Position numbers and translations under genes: made by a program
Source: Candidatus Obscuribacterales bacterium
GTDB taxonomy: Bacteria > Cyanobacteriota > Vampirovibrionia > Obscuribacterales > Obscuribacteraceae
Assembly: GCA_965228855.1 (NCBI GenBank)
Contig: CBDDIJ010000002.1
Location: 1,504,001-1,568,000 of the forward strand
DNA: 64,000 nucleotides
Direction of reading: 5' to 3'
The notes under the pieces: generated by a model
What the model saw: only the letters and a program-made list of their open reading frames with translations
What the model was told of the DNA's origin: nothing
Database searches by the model: none
In this document: positions 39,801-48,817 of the stretch, piece by piece
Numbering within the stretch: the stretch's first letter is position 1
Layout of the letters: each line of letters begins with the position of its first letter

Positions 39801-40090
39801 ATTGTTTAGCAGACGGTTCGTTCATTCAAGTCAATAATGAATCTCTGCGGATCGTTACTCTTTACTCAACCGACGGCGGAAATTCGCTTCGTTTAAGGCT
39901 GATCAATGTTTCCCTCAGTCCGCAGAAGTCTTCCGTTGTTTTGGGGGCAGGTTGGAAACCGGGTGCAGCCAAAATTGAAGTCGTGAATCTCGACGGCAAG
40001 GTTTTGCGAGTTCTTGAACAGGCAGACGGAGCATTCGTTTTAGAATGTGGTCCGAACGAGCTGGTGACGCTGCAAATATCGGCGAACTAA
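36896..40090 (+). CDS. GH38 alpha-mannosidase-family glycoside hydrolase
   Basis: HTHWDREWY, LDGQ, IGPWYVLAD, PDTFGH (nucleophile Asp), HPHDSMCGCSVD. Confidence 0.92.
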   Translation: MTGTKKQLSLYVHTHWDREWYWAFERYRTVLMSVLKRAVEAVESGELPSFHLDGQVCALEDFLELQPEFAERIKKLNAQNKLAIGPWYVLADQMLVNGESLIRNLEVGMKLSRRFGQPMMVGYNPDTFGHTQDLPRILQGFGIANAIVWRGVPELDQGPEFFWRSPDGSEVVAIALNKGYYQTMFHEVEGSESEGKIDALVEALLPWLNLRFDKQSGAIVASDEPSAVYSRYTNGCLVPVGGDHLKAPANFARISELVGNRFAQLLSENGTSAATGVSAIELATVQLPDYLAMVLQAVQKPATPVRRIDGELRDNSCAKQHAAGYMLPGVLSTRLYLKRQNRILEHRLARLCEPVYALMSAANVVKYPAVELDNAWKYLLKNHPHDSMCGCSVDEVHREMMTRFSSIHQILDILDQRVKQELLIPGGHEWSTEEGRKRRAEKPPSIENAGFGRGDGELADPDVSLTNLAVLNVSTSSVSAPVRVALAIPDKFFAEPDGSATQDQQSASAPSPEAAPTEATSLASAKVRKTDKEMWAAANAYLLDLCGDATRFQLEGVRFETELFGEMGGVPLYKDVHYLTAWVWVERAAPLSVTRLPLSGCSAAATDGVSEAVVKASRSEISNDFFDLKVSNDGQITVDVRDAAGKQSFKLRHRFQDVADAGDSYNFDPILKDAAVQGRFASCETILTGPLVASLKLTYKIHLPEALVEDADESVWKGVEDKTNLVHFKRAKKTVEHKIETTVTLRRGVPLVFFDSTWNNLVGDHRLEVLFDTGAKVGTTWSENHFSLVERNVSSHEVALPVEKWTETPLDRFPCQRFFVANGQAFYNLGLPEYGVDGEEVSFTILRAISMLSRKRLLTRGGGAGPYMPTPEGNCLGLNTASYAWAPITVLSNSTGFVPQGSAVKSAGTSTVIGGIKSAGTAKSKSVGDKRLSAGSVQLTDAERAKAYALAEQFEGVLWSTPLTSESEDCLADGSFIQVNNESLRIVTLYSTDGGNSLRLRLINVSLSPQKSSVVLGAGWKPGAAKIEVVNLDGKVLRVLEQADGAFVLECGPNELVTLQISAN

Positions 40091-40168
40091 GTCTGAAGCT
40101 GTTAATTTGTATATAAGCAGTCTTCCAGTGGTACAGAGAGATTGGAACGAGTCTATTCGGAGTCGATT

Positions 40169-41128
40169 ATGTCTGGTAATTTTCAGCCGCCCGTTGACGC
40201 GCGGTCTTTGCGAAGCGTCGCGCTGGCAGTACTGTGCGTCGGCTTATTGAGCCAGGCGGCTTTTGCTGACCGTGTCGATCCGAATTCGCCTCTCACGAAA
40301 AACCAGCAAAGTCAGTTGAGGAAAGCTGCAAGCTACGCCAAGAAGGGGCGTGGCGATAAGGCGAGCCCAATTTTCAATGAGATTCTCACTACCTGCACCG
40401 ATCTGCCCAAGTGCATAGCGGTGGCAGCTTACACAGAGCAGTATGGTCACTCGACTGTCGACGCACGCCGAGCAATAATGCAGCGCGCCCTCGAGCTGTC
40501 CAGAACATACGACGATTACATTTTGGTCGCTATGAAATCGCGCCAGTATGAATGCTTTGACGTCACGCGCTCAGCCATTCAGCAGCTTGTAAGTGTCGCC
40601 AATACTCCCGAGCAGCTCTCTGACCTGGCACGCAAGGCGCACGAGGTTTCGATGACGGACGTTGCGCACCTGGCGATGGAAAAGAAATACACAGTTGTTA
40701 AAACGGTCCCGGGGGCACTTGAGTTTGCCAATGAGTGTCACCTGCTCGGTTTTACTGATTTAGAACGAAAGTGCGTCAAAGACTTGATTGACGACGAGGG
40801 CAATTGTTCGCAGCTCTGCATGATACTGCGAAAAATTGAGCCGTTCAAACTGAAGGACCTCAACCGATATTTGCTAAAGAAGGCTCTCGATCAAGCTTCC
40901 AGCGTGGAGGACTTCTCTAATATTTGGGAAGCCGCCAGACGCCATAACCAGAAGGACATCTTCGATGTGGCCGCGTTTAGAGGCAAGAAGATGCAACTGA
41001 TGCAACGCATTCAGGGCGACCGAGCTCAGCACCAGCAGCGTGTCGAAGAGTGGAAGCAAGGGCAAGACTCCGCCCAGAATCAGGTTCAAAAGGAACTCGG
41101 TGGCGGCGGCATGAATAACGGCTTCTAG
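40169..41128 (+). CDS. secreted alpha-helical hypothetical protein
   Basis: Signal peptide (QAAFA-D); helical-repeat-like pattern. Confidence 0.7.
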   Translation: MSGNFQPPVDARSLRSVALAVLCVGLLSQAAFADRVDPNSPLTKNQQSQLRKAASYAKKGRGDKASPIFNEILTTCTDLPKCIAVAAYTEQYGHSTVDARRAIMQRALELSRTYDDYILVAMKSRQYECFDVTRSAIQQLVSVANTPEQLSDLARKAHEVSMTDVAHLAMEKKYTVVKTVPGALEFANECHLLGFTDLERKCVKDLIDDEGNCSQLCMILRKIEPFKLKDLNRYLLKKALDQASSVEDFSNIWEAARRHNQKDIFDVAAFRGKKMQLMQRIQGDRAQHQQRVEEWKQGQDSAQNQVQKELGGGGMNNGF

Positions 41129-41235
41129 CCCGTTCTTCTAACCGTCGATCTGACCTGCAAATGAGGCTCGATTCATACAAAGCCTGCTTGGCAACGATAT
41201 AATTCGCGTCTGCCATTAAATAAGTCCATGTCCTG

Positions 41236-41700
41236 GTGTTCGCCGAGGTCGTCGCGCGGTCCCCAGAGAAGCAGGTAGTGCTTGTGAAACGTCCAGTTGT
41301 TTGTGCGCTTCTTCTCCCGGTCGTCGGTGTTTCGGCGATAGTCTCTCCGGGTGCCACAGCCTGCTTCATAGGCATGAGTGTTGTAATCTTTGGAGCCTGC
41401 CAGTTCGACCGCCTCTGTTGCGGTCTTCAGGCGCCGGCTCGATTGGCATTGAAAAAGCTTCTTCATACGCGATTTGTTAAACCTCCGGCAAATTTAGTGT
41501 CGAACGGAGTGGTACTGTCGGTAGTACTGTTCTCGTTGGGCTTCCTTTGGAACTCGCTTCATGTCACGATTCCGCCGATGCCCAGCGGCTCGATTCTGTC
41601 GATGCTGAACATCGTTGCCCATCTGCTCTGCCTGGGGGGCTTCATCTCTTTACTCGGATTTTTGCAGTCCGCTCCGGATTTCCGCAGTTCGCGGGGATAG
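41236..41700 (+). CDS. possible membrane protein
   Basis: Four hydrophobic segments; hairpin tgaccgg..ccggtca just after the stop; no clear RBS. Confidence 0.35.
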   Translation: MFAEVVARSPEKQVVLVKRPVVCALLLPVVGVSAIVSPGATACFIGMSVVIFGACQFDRLCCGLQAPARLALKKLLHTRFVKPPANLVSNGVVLSVVLFSLGFLWNSLHVTIPPMPSGSILSMLNIVAHLLCLGGFISLLGFLQSAPDFRSSRG

Positions 41701-42116
41701 GTGAGAAGAGGTTGACCGGCAAGTGTTTGAATCTCAGCTTACCGGTCATCCATCGCGTGCCAAGTCTGACCGAATCTCCCCATCATCGGCTCAAAAGTCG
41801 CATCGCGCTCTCAATTAGTAATACGGATTTCGACACCAAAAAGTTCAATTTTTTCACCCTGTGATCTTTGCACTTTCTTCAAAAAGAGCTCTATTTGCAG
41901 TTTTCGTTGCTATCGGTCAAGACCTGCCAGCCCGCAGTTCTCTTGCCGCGAATGGTATTGCATATGGTGCAATGCGGGCGACGCGCGCAACGACGAAACG
42001 GATTTCCGTTTACTCCGAATCGACACGAAATAGATAAATTCCATCGTCCCGGCCTTTCATTGACAACGCATAAAGGGTTATCTTGTTTCCCGCAGAATCA
42101 CCTTCTAAGGCTACCC

Positions 42117-42857
42117 ATGACTGACGCAGCATTTTTGAAACCAGGCGCGACTGATGTTGTTCCGCTCTCGGATGAGGAGGCGGTGAGCCAGGTTCTGGTT
42201 CTCGCCGTCGAAAACCTCTGGGAGGCGGTCAACGAATTGACTCGCCTGCGCAGAACGCACAAAGAGTACTATCTGGTCACAATCTTCGGCTCTGCCAGGA
42301 TCCAACCAGGAACAGATCATTATGAACGCGTGAAAAAGCTTGCGTTCCAACTAACCAGCATGGGATGCGGTATCATCACCGGCGGTGGTCCGGGGTTGAT
42401 GCAGGCTGCAAACGAGGGCGCCTCGTTAACCGGGCACGACGCGGTCCAGCGTTCTATCGGAATTCGCGTCGACCTTCCGTTCGAGAAAGACCCGAATCCT
42501 TTCGTTGGTAAAACCTACGAACATAAGACATTCTTTTCGCGTTTGCACCATTTCATGATCATGTCTGATGCATTTATCGTCGTACCTGGCGGAATTGGCA
42601 CAATGCTCGAGCTGTCCATGGTTTGGCAGCTTTTACAGGTCCGCAAACTATATGACACTCCGTTGATCCTGGTTGGTTCCATGTGGCAAGAACTTGTTGA
42701 TTGGGCTGTTAAACACATGACTAAAGGCGACATCGAACTGGCGAAGCCTGTGGATTTCGAAATTCCGATCTGTGTAAAGCACTCACAGGACGCGATTGAG
42801 ATAGTCCGAGCTCATCGCGCGAAGTGGTTGAAAGCGCACGGAAGGGTTGATACGTAA
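42117..42857 (+). CDS. LOG family protein (nucleotide phosphoribohydrolase)
   Basis: VTIFGSAR, ITGGGPGLMQAANEGA, FFSR, PGGIGTMLE. Confidence 0.9.
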   Translation: MTDAAFLKPGATDVVPLSDEEAVSQVLVLAVENLWEAVNELTRLRRTHKEYYLVTIFGSARIQPGTDHYERVKKLAFQLTSMGCGIITGGGPGLMQAANEGASLTGHDAVQRSIGIRVDLPFEKDPNPFVGKTYEHKTFFSRLHHFMIMSDAFIVVPGGIGTMLELSMVWQLLQVRKLYDTPLILVGSMWQELVDWAVKHMTKGDIELAKPVDFEIPICVKHSQDAIEIVRAHRAKWLKAHGRVDT

Positions 42858-43201
42858 GCTTCTCGGCGCTTTTAAGTTAGTAAACTTTTGCCTGATTGGT
42901 GAGTGGTGACAGCCATTCATCAGTTTCTTGTGTAAACTCAAAAATGTACTAAAAACTTGACCGGCCCGGAGTACTTACTCCAAACTTGCATTCTGTGCGG
43001 CTTTCGTCCCCTCAAATTACTTTACACGGTGCGGCAACGCATGGTTTTCCGGGTACGAATTAAGTAGAGCCATGTGAGCGCCAAGTCGACAAACATGGGG
43101 CGAAACCCGCGCGATGCGCAGTCAACTTTGCACGGTTTCGCAGTGGAAAGTGAAAATCAGAGAAACTGATTTCAGGAATCGTATATTAATGAGGAGCGCC
43201 T

Positions 43202-45223
43202 ATGAATAACTCGAAGAAAGCATTGTTAGTTGCTCTCAGCGTAGCCCTAATAGCCGTAATCGCAGTGGCATCATTCGGATTTTTCAGCCCGAAGTTCACC
43301 AATCGGCTACCTGACGAAACAGCTGGAATGCGTGTTCTTCCCGATTATGAGCTAGAGCGCGTCATCAAAGAAAGTCCGGAGTCGATAAGCCGTATCACCT
43401 GTTTCAAAGGCCTTCGAAAAGTCGTCGCTGACATCGAGCCATTGGGACCGGCACTGGTCGACTACCCGGACACCCCGAGACTTCTGGCTGCTGCCGAGAC
43501 CGCTCACATCAAACACGAGATTTCGGATGGCTCAATCAACCGCGTGGATCATGTAGTTAAGTCGCTTCACTGGTCGTTCTGGACGCTGTTCCTCGGTCTG
43601 CTCGGAGGGATTGGATTCTTGTTGTATCGCTCGGGCGCATTCCGCAAACTGGAAATCGGTTTGCCCGGAGTTGAAGTTGTTCGTCCTGTCAGTGAAGAAA
43701 ACGGTTTAGAACCTGGTGAGAAGCGTACATTTGACGATGTGGCCGGCTGCGAGGAAGCTATAGCAAAACTGCGACGCGTCGCTCGCTGGCTCAAAGCGCC
43801 TGAGTTGTACGAAGAGTTCGGCGCGAAAATCCCTAAAGGTATCCTGGCGGTCGGACCGCCCGGAACAGGCAAGACTCTTCTGGCGCGTGCTCTTGCCGGA
43901 GAGGTCGACGCTAATTTCTTCTCCGTGAGCGCATCAAGTTTCGTAGAAATGTTTGTGGGTGTAGGAGCCAAGCGCGTGCGCAAACTATTCGCAGCAGCCG
44001 CTGCTGAGCGCGACCGCACCGGCCGTCCTTCGATCATCTTCATCGATGAAATCGACGCGATCGGTAAGAAGCGCGGGCAAGGTCAATCCGGAGCGGATTC
44101 TGAAAGAGAGCAAACTCTCAACCAGCTCCTGGTTTGCATGCAAGGGTTCGAGCAGAGCAAAGGTATCATCGTGATGGGTGCCACCAACATGGTGGAAACG
44201 CTTGATGAAGCACTGAAGCGGCCCGGTCGGTTCGACTATCAAGTCAGCGTCGACCTGCCTGATACACTCGGTCGCGAGAAGATATTCATGATCCACTCGC
44301 GCAACATGAAACTTGCCCCCAATGTACGTCTGCGCGATCTCGCCGTACGCACTCCGCAGTTTTCCGGTGCGGATATCGAGCAAGCTTGCAACGAAGCCGC
44401 GATTGCAGCGGCCGAGCGCCTGGAAAAGCGTATGGAGAATGCGACTCCGGAAGAAATTGCGGCCATGGAAAAGGTCGTTTCGCTCGAGGATTTCGATATC
44501 GGTATCGACTACGTTCAATTCGGTGATCCGCTTCTTTCGCGGGCTCGGGCAATGTCGCAACAGGACAAACGCAACACCGCATATCACGAAGCCGGTCACT
44601 GCGCAGTCCAGCAAGCACTGCAAAACATGGGCGCTGACCCGATTACGAAGGTAACCATTGAGCCTAGAACCAAGTCACTTGGTTCCATGCAGAGCCATGC
44701 TGATGGCGATCGCTACAATTATAATGAGCCTCAGCTGCGCGCTCGTATTGCTGCGGCGATGGGCGGTCGAGTTGCGCAAGAGTTTTTCCTGAACACCAAA
44801 GACACCGGCGCCTCCAATGACTTCGAACAGGCGACACGTATCGCCAAGCTGATGGTCACTGAATTCGGAATGTCGAATCTTGGACCGATGCATATCAGAC
44901 CGGACAGCACCAAGCTCGGTGCGACGCTCACTGACGAAATCGACGCGGAGTGGCAGCGAATTCTGAACGAGTGCTACGAAGTCGCAAAAGATTTGATCAT
45001 GCAAAACGAGCGCCGCATCGAGCGAATTGCCGAAGCCTTGCTCGCGGAGCAAACCATTCTTGCCGAACGCTTCCAGGAACTCTGGTTTGCAGGCGAGGCA
45101 CCACAAGTTAAAGTTACCGAGGACACAGTTGCTCAGCTCAACGCTAGCACCGAACTCGGTACCATCGATTGCGAACCGGCGGCAGAAATTGAGGATGAGA
45201 AAACTTCCTCTATCGCCGAATAA
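43202..45223 (+). CDS. ftsH: FtsH-family ATP-dependent zinc metalloprotease paralogue
   Basis: Two TMs, [53 protein letters not shown]. Confidence 0.9.
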   Translation: MNNSKKALLVALSVALIAVIAVASFGFFSPKFTNRLPDETAGMRVLPDYELERVIKESPESISRITCFKGLRKVVADIEPLGPALVDYPDTPRLLAAAETAHIKHEISDGSINRVDHVVKSLHWSFWTLFLGLLGGIGFLLYRSGAFRKLEIGLPGVEVVRPVSEENGLEPGEKRTFDDVAGCEEAIAKLRRVARWLKAPELYEEFGAKIPKGILAVGPPGTGKTLLARALAGEVDANFFSVSASSFVEMFVGVGAKRVRKLFAAAAAERDRTGRPSIIFIDEIDAIGKKRGQGQSGADSEREQTLNQLLVCMQGFEQSKGIIVMGATNMVETLDEALKRPGRFDYQVSVDLPDTLGREKIFMIHSRNMKLAPNVRLRDLAVRTPQFSGADIEQACNEAAIAAAERLEKRMENATPEEIAAMEKVVSLEDFDIGIDYVQFGDPLLSRARAMSQQDKRNTAYHEAGHCAVQQALQNMGADPITKVTIEPRTKSLGSMQSHADGDRYNYNEPQLRARIAAAMGGRVAQEFFLNTKDTGASNDFEQATRIAKLMVTEFGMSNLGPMHIRPDSTKLGATLTDEIDAEWQRILNECYEVAKDLIMQNERRIERIAEALLAEQTILAERFQELWFAGEAPQVKVTEDTVAQLNASTELGTIDCEPAAEIEDEKTSSIAE

Positions 45224-45313
45224 CAACTCGATGAACTCTGCTGGGTTCTAATTTATAGCGAAATTGACTGGTTCGACTCCAGCAAAGCCGAGTAAATGGA
45301 GCCGGGTAATACT

Positions 45314-45349
45314 AAACAAAAAAGGCGCGGATTCCGCGCCTTTCTTGTT
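45314..45349. terminator. bidirectional intrinsic terminator
   Basis: aaaaaaggcgcgg-att-ccgcgcctttctt between convergent ftsH and VWA genes. Confidence 0.75.
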
Positions 45350-45428
45350 CTCTCACTTAAACTTTTTACGCTCTTTGCGCGTAGTTTCTGTATAGCTCAT
45401 TCGATTTAAATCGATGCGGAATTCATTT

Positions 45429-46361
45429 TTACTGAGCCATCGCCTGCGTATTGACCGAAATCTGAGTCGGAGCATTCAGTCCACGCTTACCGTTGGCGAC
45501 ATCCGACAGGACACCGGCTATGCCTCGCTCGGTGAGAGCTTCGAACGAAGCGACTTCGACGATGTCGTATTTCGCGTCGAATTTGCTGGAGAGCTCATTG
45601 TCGAGCTCGTTGAGAAACTTCGGTGCCTTTGGATCCTCGCCGATTTTGAGAATGGTCACCAGTATTTCATCGCCACTCTGCATTTTCTTAGTGGCGTTTA
45701 CCAGAGCGCGACGGCTTGAGAATTTGTCTCCGAACGAACCATCTGTGATGATCGCGAGCATCAAAGGCTTCGTGTGTTTGTCGCGCTCGCGCCGCGCAAA
45801 ATAATCGTTGAATTCGTGTTCAAGCGATCGAGCCGCAAAAGTGCCGCCCTTAGGCTGCTCTTCATCAAATATTTTCTCGATTGTTGCTTCATCGACATTG
45901 TCGTGAACGTAGGTTTTTTCTCCGAACGTAACCAGTCGCAGACCATTCGAATTATCCTTGCCGGCATCGGCAAGCTCATTAGCTCTAGCTTTGCACCACT
46001 CCCAGCGCGTGCTCAGATCTTCTGTTTCAAAACCAATATTTCCCAGAAAGTCCGTGACTGACGAGGCGATGTCACCTTTCTGCTCACCGCCAACCACTTC
46101 AGTGAAGGCATTCTGAGCGGCGGAGCAGCTATATCCCATCGATTTGGAGCTATCCACCAGAAGCACCACATCATACTTATTCATCAACTCGGCAGCTTCG
46201 TTCTTGTGTTGCTGCTGAGTAAAGCCGGTCGGCATCCTTATCTCGGTGATTGTCGCTGCGCTGCAAGTGCTAGCCAATAAGAGAGTCGATACTAAAGCGG
46301 TGTGAAGATACTTGAGTGGTTTAGTGAGTATTTTTTGCATGATGTAATAAAGGCTGTTCAA
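45429..46361 (-). CDS. secreted VWA-domain protein
   Basis: Signal peptide; MIDAS VDSSKSM..GGT..ITDG. Confidence 0.8.
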   Translation of the reverse strand: MNSLYYIMQKILTKPLKYLHTALVSTLLLASTCSAATITEIRMPTGFTQQQHKNEAAELMNKYDVVLLVDSSKSMGYSCSAAQNAFTEVVGGEQKGDIASSVTDFLGNIGFETEDLSTRWEWCKARANELADAGKDNSNGLRLVTFGEKTYVHDNVDEATIEKIFDEEQPKGGTFAARSLEHEFNDYFARRERDKHTKPLMLAIITDGSFGDKFSSRRALVNATKKMQSGDEILVTILKIGEDPKAPKFLNELDNELSSKFDAKYDIVEVASFEALTERGIAGVLSDVANGKRGLNAPTQISVNTQAMAQ

Positions 46362-46590
46362 CAGCCCTGCTCCGTTGTCCCCTGATAATTTCGCTATAGC
46401 ATGAAAGAATGGTTGTCGATGCTGTTTTTGAAAGGGACGCTTGAATGACTTCCTGATGCATGGCGATCGTGACGGGAAATGCCCGCCCTGCGGATGTTTT
46501 CGCGGAGTTCTCCGGTCGAGTCCGCTGTATCCTTTATTAGACGCCTTTACAGCCCGTCAAAGTCATACGTGATACGCTCGATATATCAAG

Positions 46591-47247
46591 TTGAAATCGG
46601 AGTGTAAGTTTTCCCCTGTGAAGACGGTGGCTGAACAAAGTCAAAAGATGTCCTCAGAAGCGAATCTCACGGATGCGCTGCCAGACGACGAATCCGACGT
46701 CGGTGGTGAGCAGCCGGAGTTCGATCTTGAACTCGCTCATCCGATGAGGCGAGTATTTGCGCTGGTGCTCGATTTCTTTTTCTTCAACTGGCTGGTAATT
46801 GGTATAAAGTCGGCTATTTGCCTTGCTTTTCCGCCTGCTATCGATTTTTTCACCGTCGTCTCCACCGATCTGTTCGTGATTCCTTTATTGCTCTGTCGAG
46901 ACGCTATGTTCGGTGGACGAGGCGTCGCTAAACAACTCCTGCACTTGCGTACGGTTGATGAAGACACTCATGAGCCCCTCGGGCTGCGTCAATCGTTGAT
47001 CCGAAACTCTGTTCTTTTCGGGACGTGTTTGCTGTACCAAGTTGCTGCAGTGGCAATTCCCGAGACTGAGTTGTTCCGTCGTTCGGTCGTTATTAACTGC
47101 ATTGGGTTTGGTTCCAGCTGTTTTGTCGCAGTAGCTTTTACTGTCGAAACCATACTGATGTCGATCCCGGGCGGTGAGCGCATAGGTGACGGTCTTGCAA
47201 GAACCGTCACTTATCGAGACAAGACTTGTTGTCGCTCAAACTTTTAG
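46591..47247 (+). CDS. RDD family membrane protein
   Basis: AHPMRRVFALVLD, GRGVAKQLLHLR, SLIRN, RIGDGLART; start uncertain. Confidence 0.8.
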   Translation: MKSECKFSPVKTVAEQSQKMSSEANLTDALPDDESDVGGEQPEFDLELAHPMRRVFALVLDFFFFNWLVIGIKSAICLAFPPAIDFFTVVSTDLFVIPLLLCRDAMFGGRGVAKQLLHLRTVDEDTHEPLGLRQSLIRNSVLFGTCLLYQVAAVAIPETELFRRSVVINCIGFGSSCFVAVAFTVETILMSIPGGERIGDGLARTVTYRDKTCCRSNF

Positions 47248-48810
47248 TTAAAAACACCATCGACTGAAAATTGTCACATTAGTTTCAAGTGGAACCATCG
47301 CGCTTACCGTGGTTTGTTCTTTGCGTTCGGCCTGAGCAACTATTTGTCCGGTCGGGTCGATAATTGTCGACTTGCCGAGCGTTGTCGAAAGCACCACAGA
47401 ACGATGATTCTCGACTGCTCGCATGACGCTGAAAGAGACCATCTGGTTGCTCAACATCGAGTTTTCGAACCAGGTTGTATTGGTGCAGTTGGCGAGAATA
47501 TTAGCTCCATTGCGCGAATTTTTTGCTGAGAGCTCAGGCATTAGATTTTCAAAACTCATCACAGCGCCGACTTTGTGTTTGCCCAGATCAAGAACGATGG
47601 TACTTTCACCGGGCGGCGTAGGGTTGATTGATTCGCTGAAAAAGAGCAACTGACCAATCACGGAATCTCTTGTCCATCCGGGAATGTACTCGCAAAAGGG
47701 CACCAGATAGTTCTTATGATAAATTTCCGGGACCTGCTTACCATCCTCTCTAACGCCGACTATCGCGTGGAATGTTTCAGCATTTGTTTTGGAATCTAAA
47801 ACGCCGGCTACCCAACTTTGTTTGTTTTTGTGCGCGGTCTCTCCAAGTTTTGTGAAAAGACTGCCGTCCGATAGATTCGTGGCGAACATCCACTCTGGAA
47901 AGACCAGTAAGCCGGGTCCACTCATCGAACTCAGTTTCAAATATCGACGCTCGACTTCGTCAGGCGAGACTTTCAAAAGTTTCTTCTCGGAAAGTCTTAA
48001 CTGACCTGCGGTCACGCGAGACAAATTTCGGCTGGCGTCAATATCTTTCTTCTTTTGAAGTTCGAAAGCACCGCTTATAGGAACGGCGATGACGACGAGA
48101 ATGGCGAGAAGAGTTTCGAGCCTGAGCCTCGACTTACTTGCGTCGTGAAGTGAGAGAGTTTGCCAGTTTCCAAACTGCAGGGGCTTCGAATTGTTCAGTA
48201 CCACAGCTAGTACCAGGTTCGCTAAAACGATCAGAGCCGCCAATCCGATGCCTCCGATAACGGAGGCGCACTGCAGTATTGCTAATTGCTTGTACTGGCT
48301 GTACTGAATCATCGACCAGGGAACACCCAGCAGCGAGGTCATGTTGCCGAGTTTCTCCACCACAAGACACCAGAGCAACGGAATGCAGAGGAAACTTGGA
48401 AGGTGCCACTGTTTCTCTGTCTTGCGCGGCAACCATCCTGCGTTGAAAGGCATAGCGCGAATGATGCAGGCAAAAATTGCAACGAGTAACCCTTGCCAGA
48501 TCGAAAGCACGATCCAGGTCGAATATTTCACTAGAAGCGGAAAGTTTGATAAAGAGCCGATCCAGAATGCGTCTTGGACATCATGAGTCCAGGCGAAGTA
48601 CATGATGTTGTACGCAGTGCCGAAGAGGAAACCGCGAAAAGCGGCTTGGCTCGGTTCGGCGCTGCGAAGAGCGAGTACGAGAAGAGGTGCCATGGCGAAC
48701 CATGCGATGTACCATTGGTCCCAACCGGGAGCTGATAGTCCGAAGACGAGTCCCGATGCGAGCGCTGTTATCGCGTACGGTAATTCTCCTTTGAGTTTCG
48801 AATAGTTCAT
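47248..48810 (-). CDS. lnt: apolipoprotein N-acyltransferase homologue with catalytic Cys->Ser
   Basis: N-terminal TMs, PWSMIQYSQ, VFPE, YHKNYLVPFCEYIP, MSFE (canonical ICYE), MRAVEN. Confidence 0.85.
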   Translation of the reverse strand: MNYSKLKGELPYAITALASGLVFGLSAPGWDQWYIAWFAMAPLLVLALRSAEPSQAAFRGFLFGTAYNIMYFAWTHDVQDAFWIGSLSNFPLLVKYSTWIVLSIWQGLLVAIFACIIRAMPFNAGWLPRKTEKQWHLPSFLCIPLLWCLVVEKLGNMTSLLGVPWSMIQYSQYKQLAILQCASVIGGIGLAALIVLANLVLAVVLNNSKPLQFGNWQTLSLHDASKSRLRLETLLAILVVIAVPISGAFELQKKKDIDASRNLSRVTAGQLRLSEKKLLKVSPDEVERRYLKLSSMSGPGLLVFPEWMFATNLSDGSLFTKLGETAHKNKQSWVAGVLDSKTNAETFHAIVGVREDGKQVPEIYHKNYLVPFCEYIPGWTRDSVIGQLLFFSESINPTPPGESTIVLDLGKHKVGAVMSFENLMPELSAKNSRNGANILANCTNTTWFENSMLSNQMVSFSVMRAVENHRSVVLSTTLGKSTIIDPTGQIVAQAERKEQTTVSAMVPLETNVTIFSRWCF

Positions 48811-48817
48811 CCGCCTC

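Noticed and set aside
41173..41466. Minus-strand 97-aa ORF (and 40977-41375)
   Set aside because: In-register antisense shadow of the hydrophobic + ORF; no recognisable motif. The strand choice here remains uncertain
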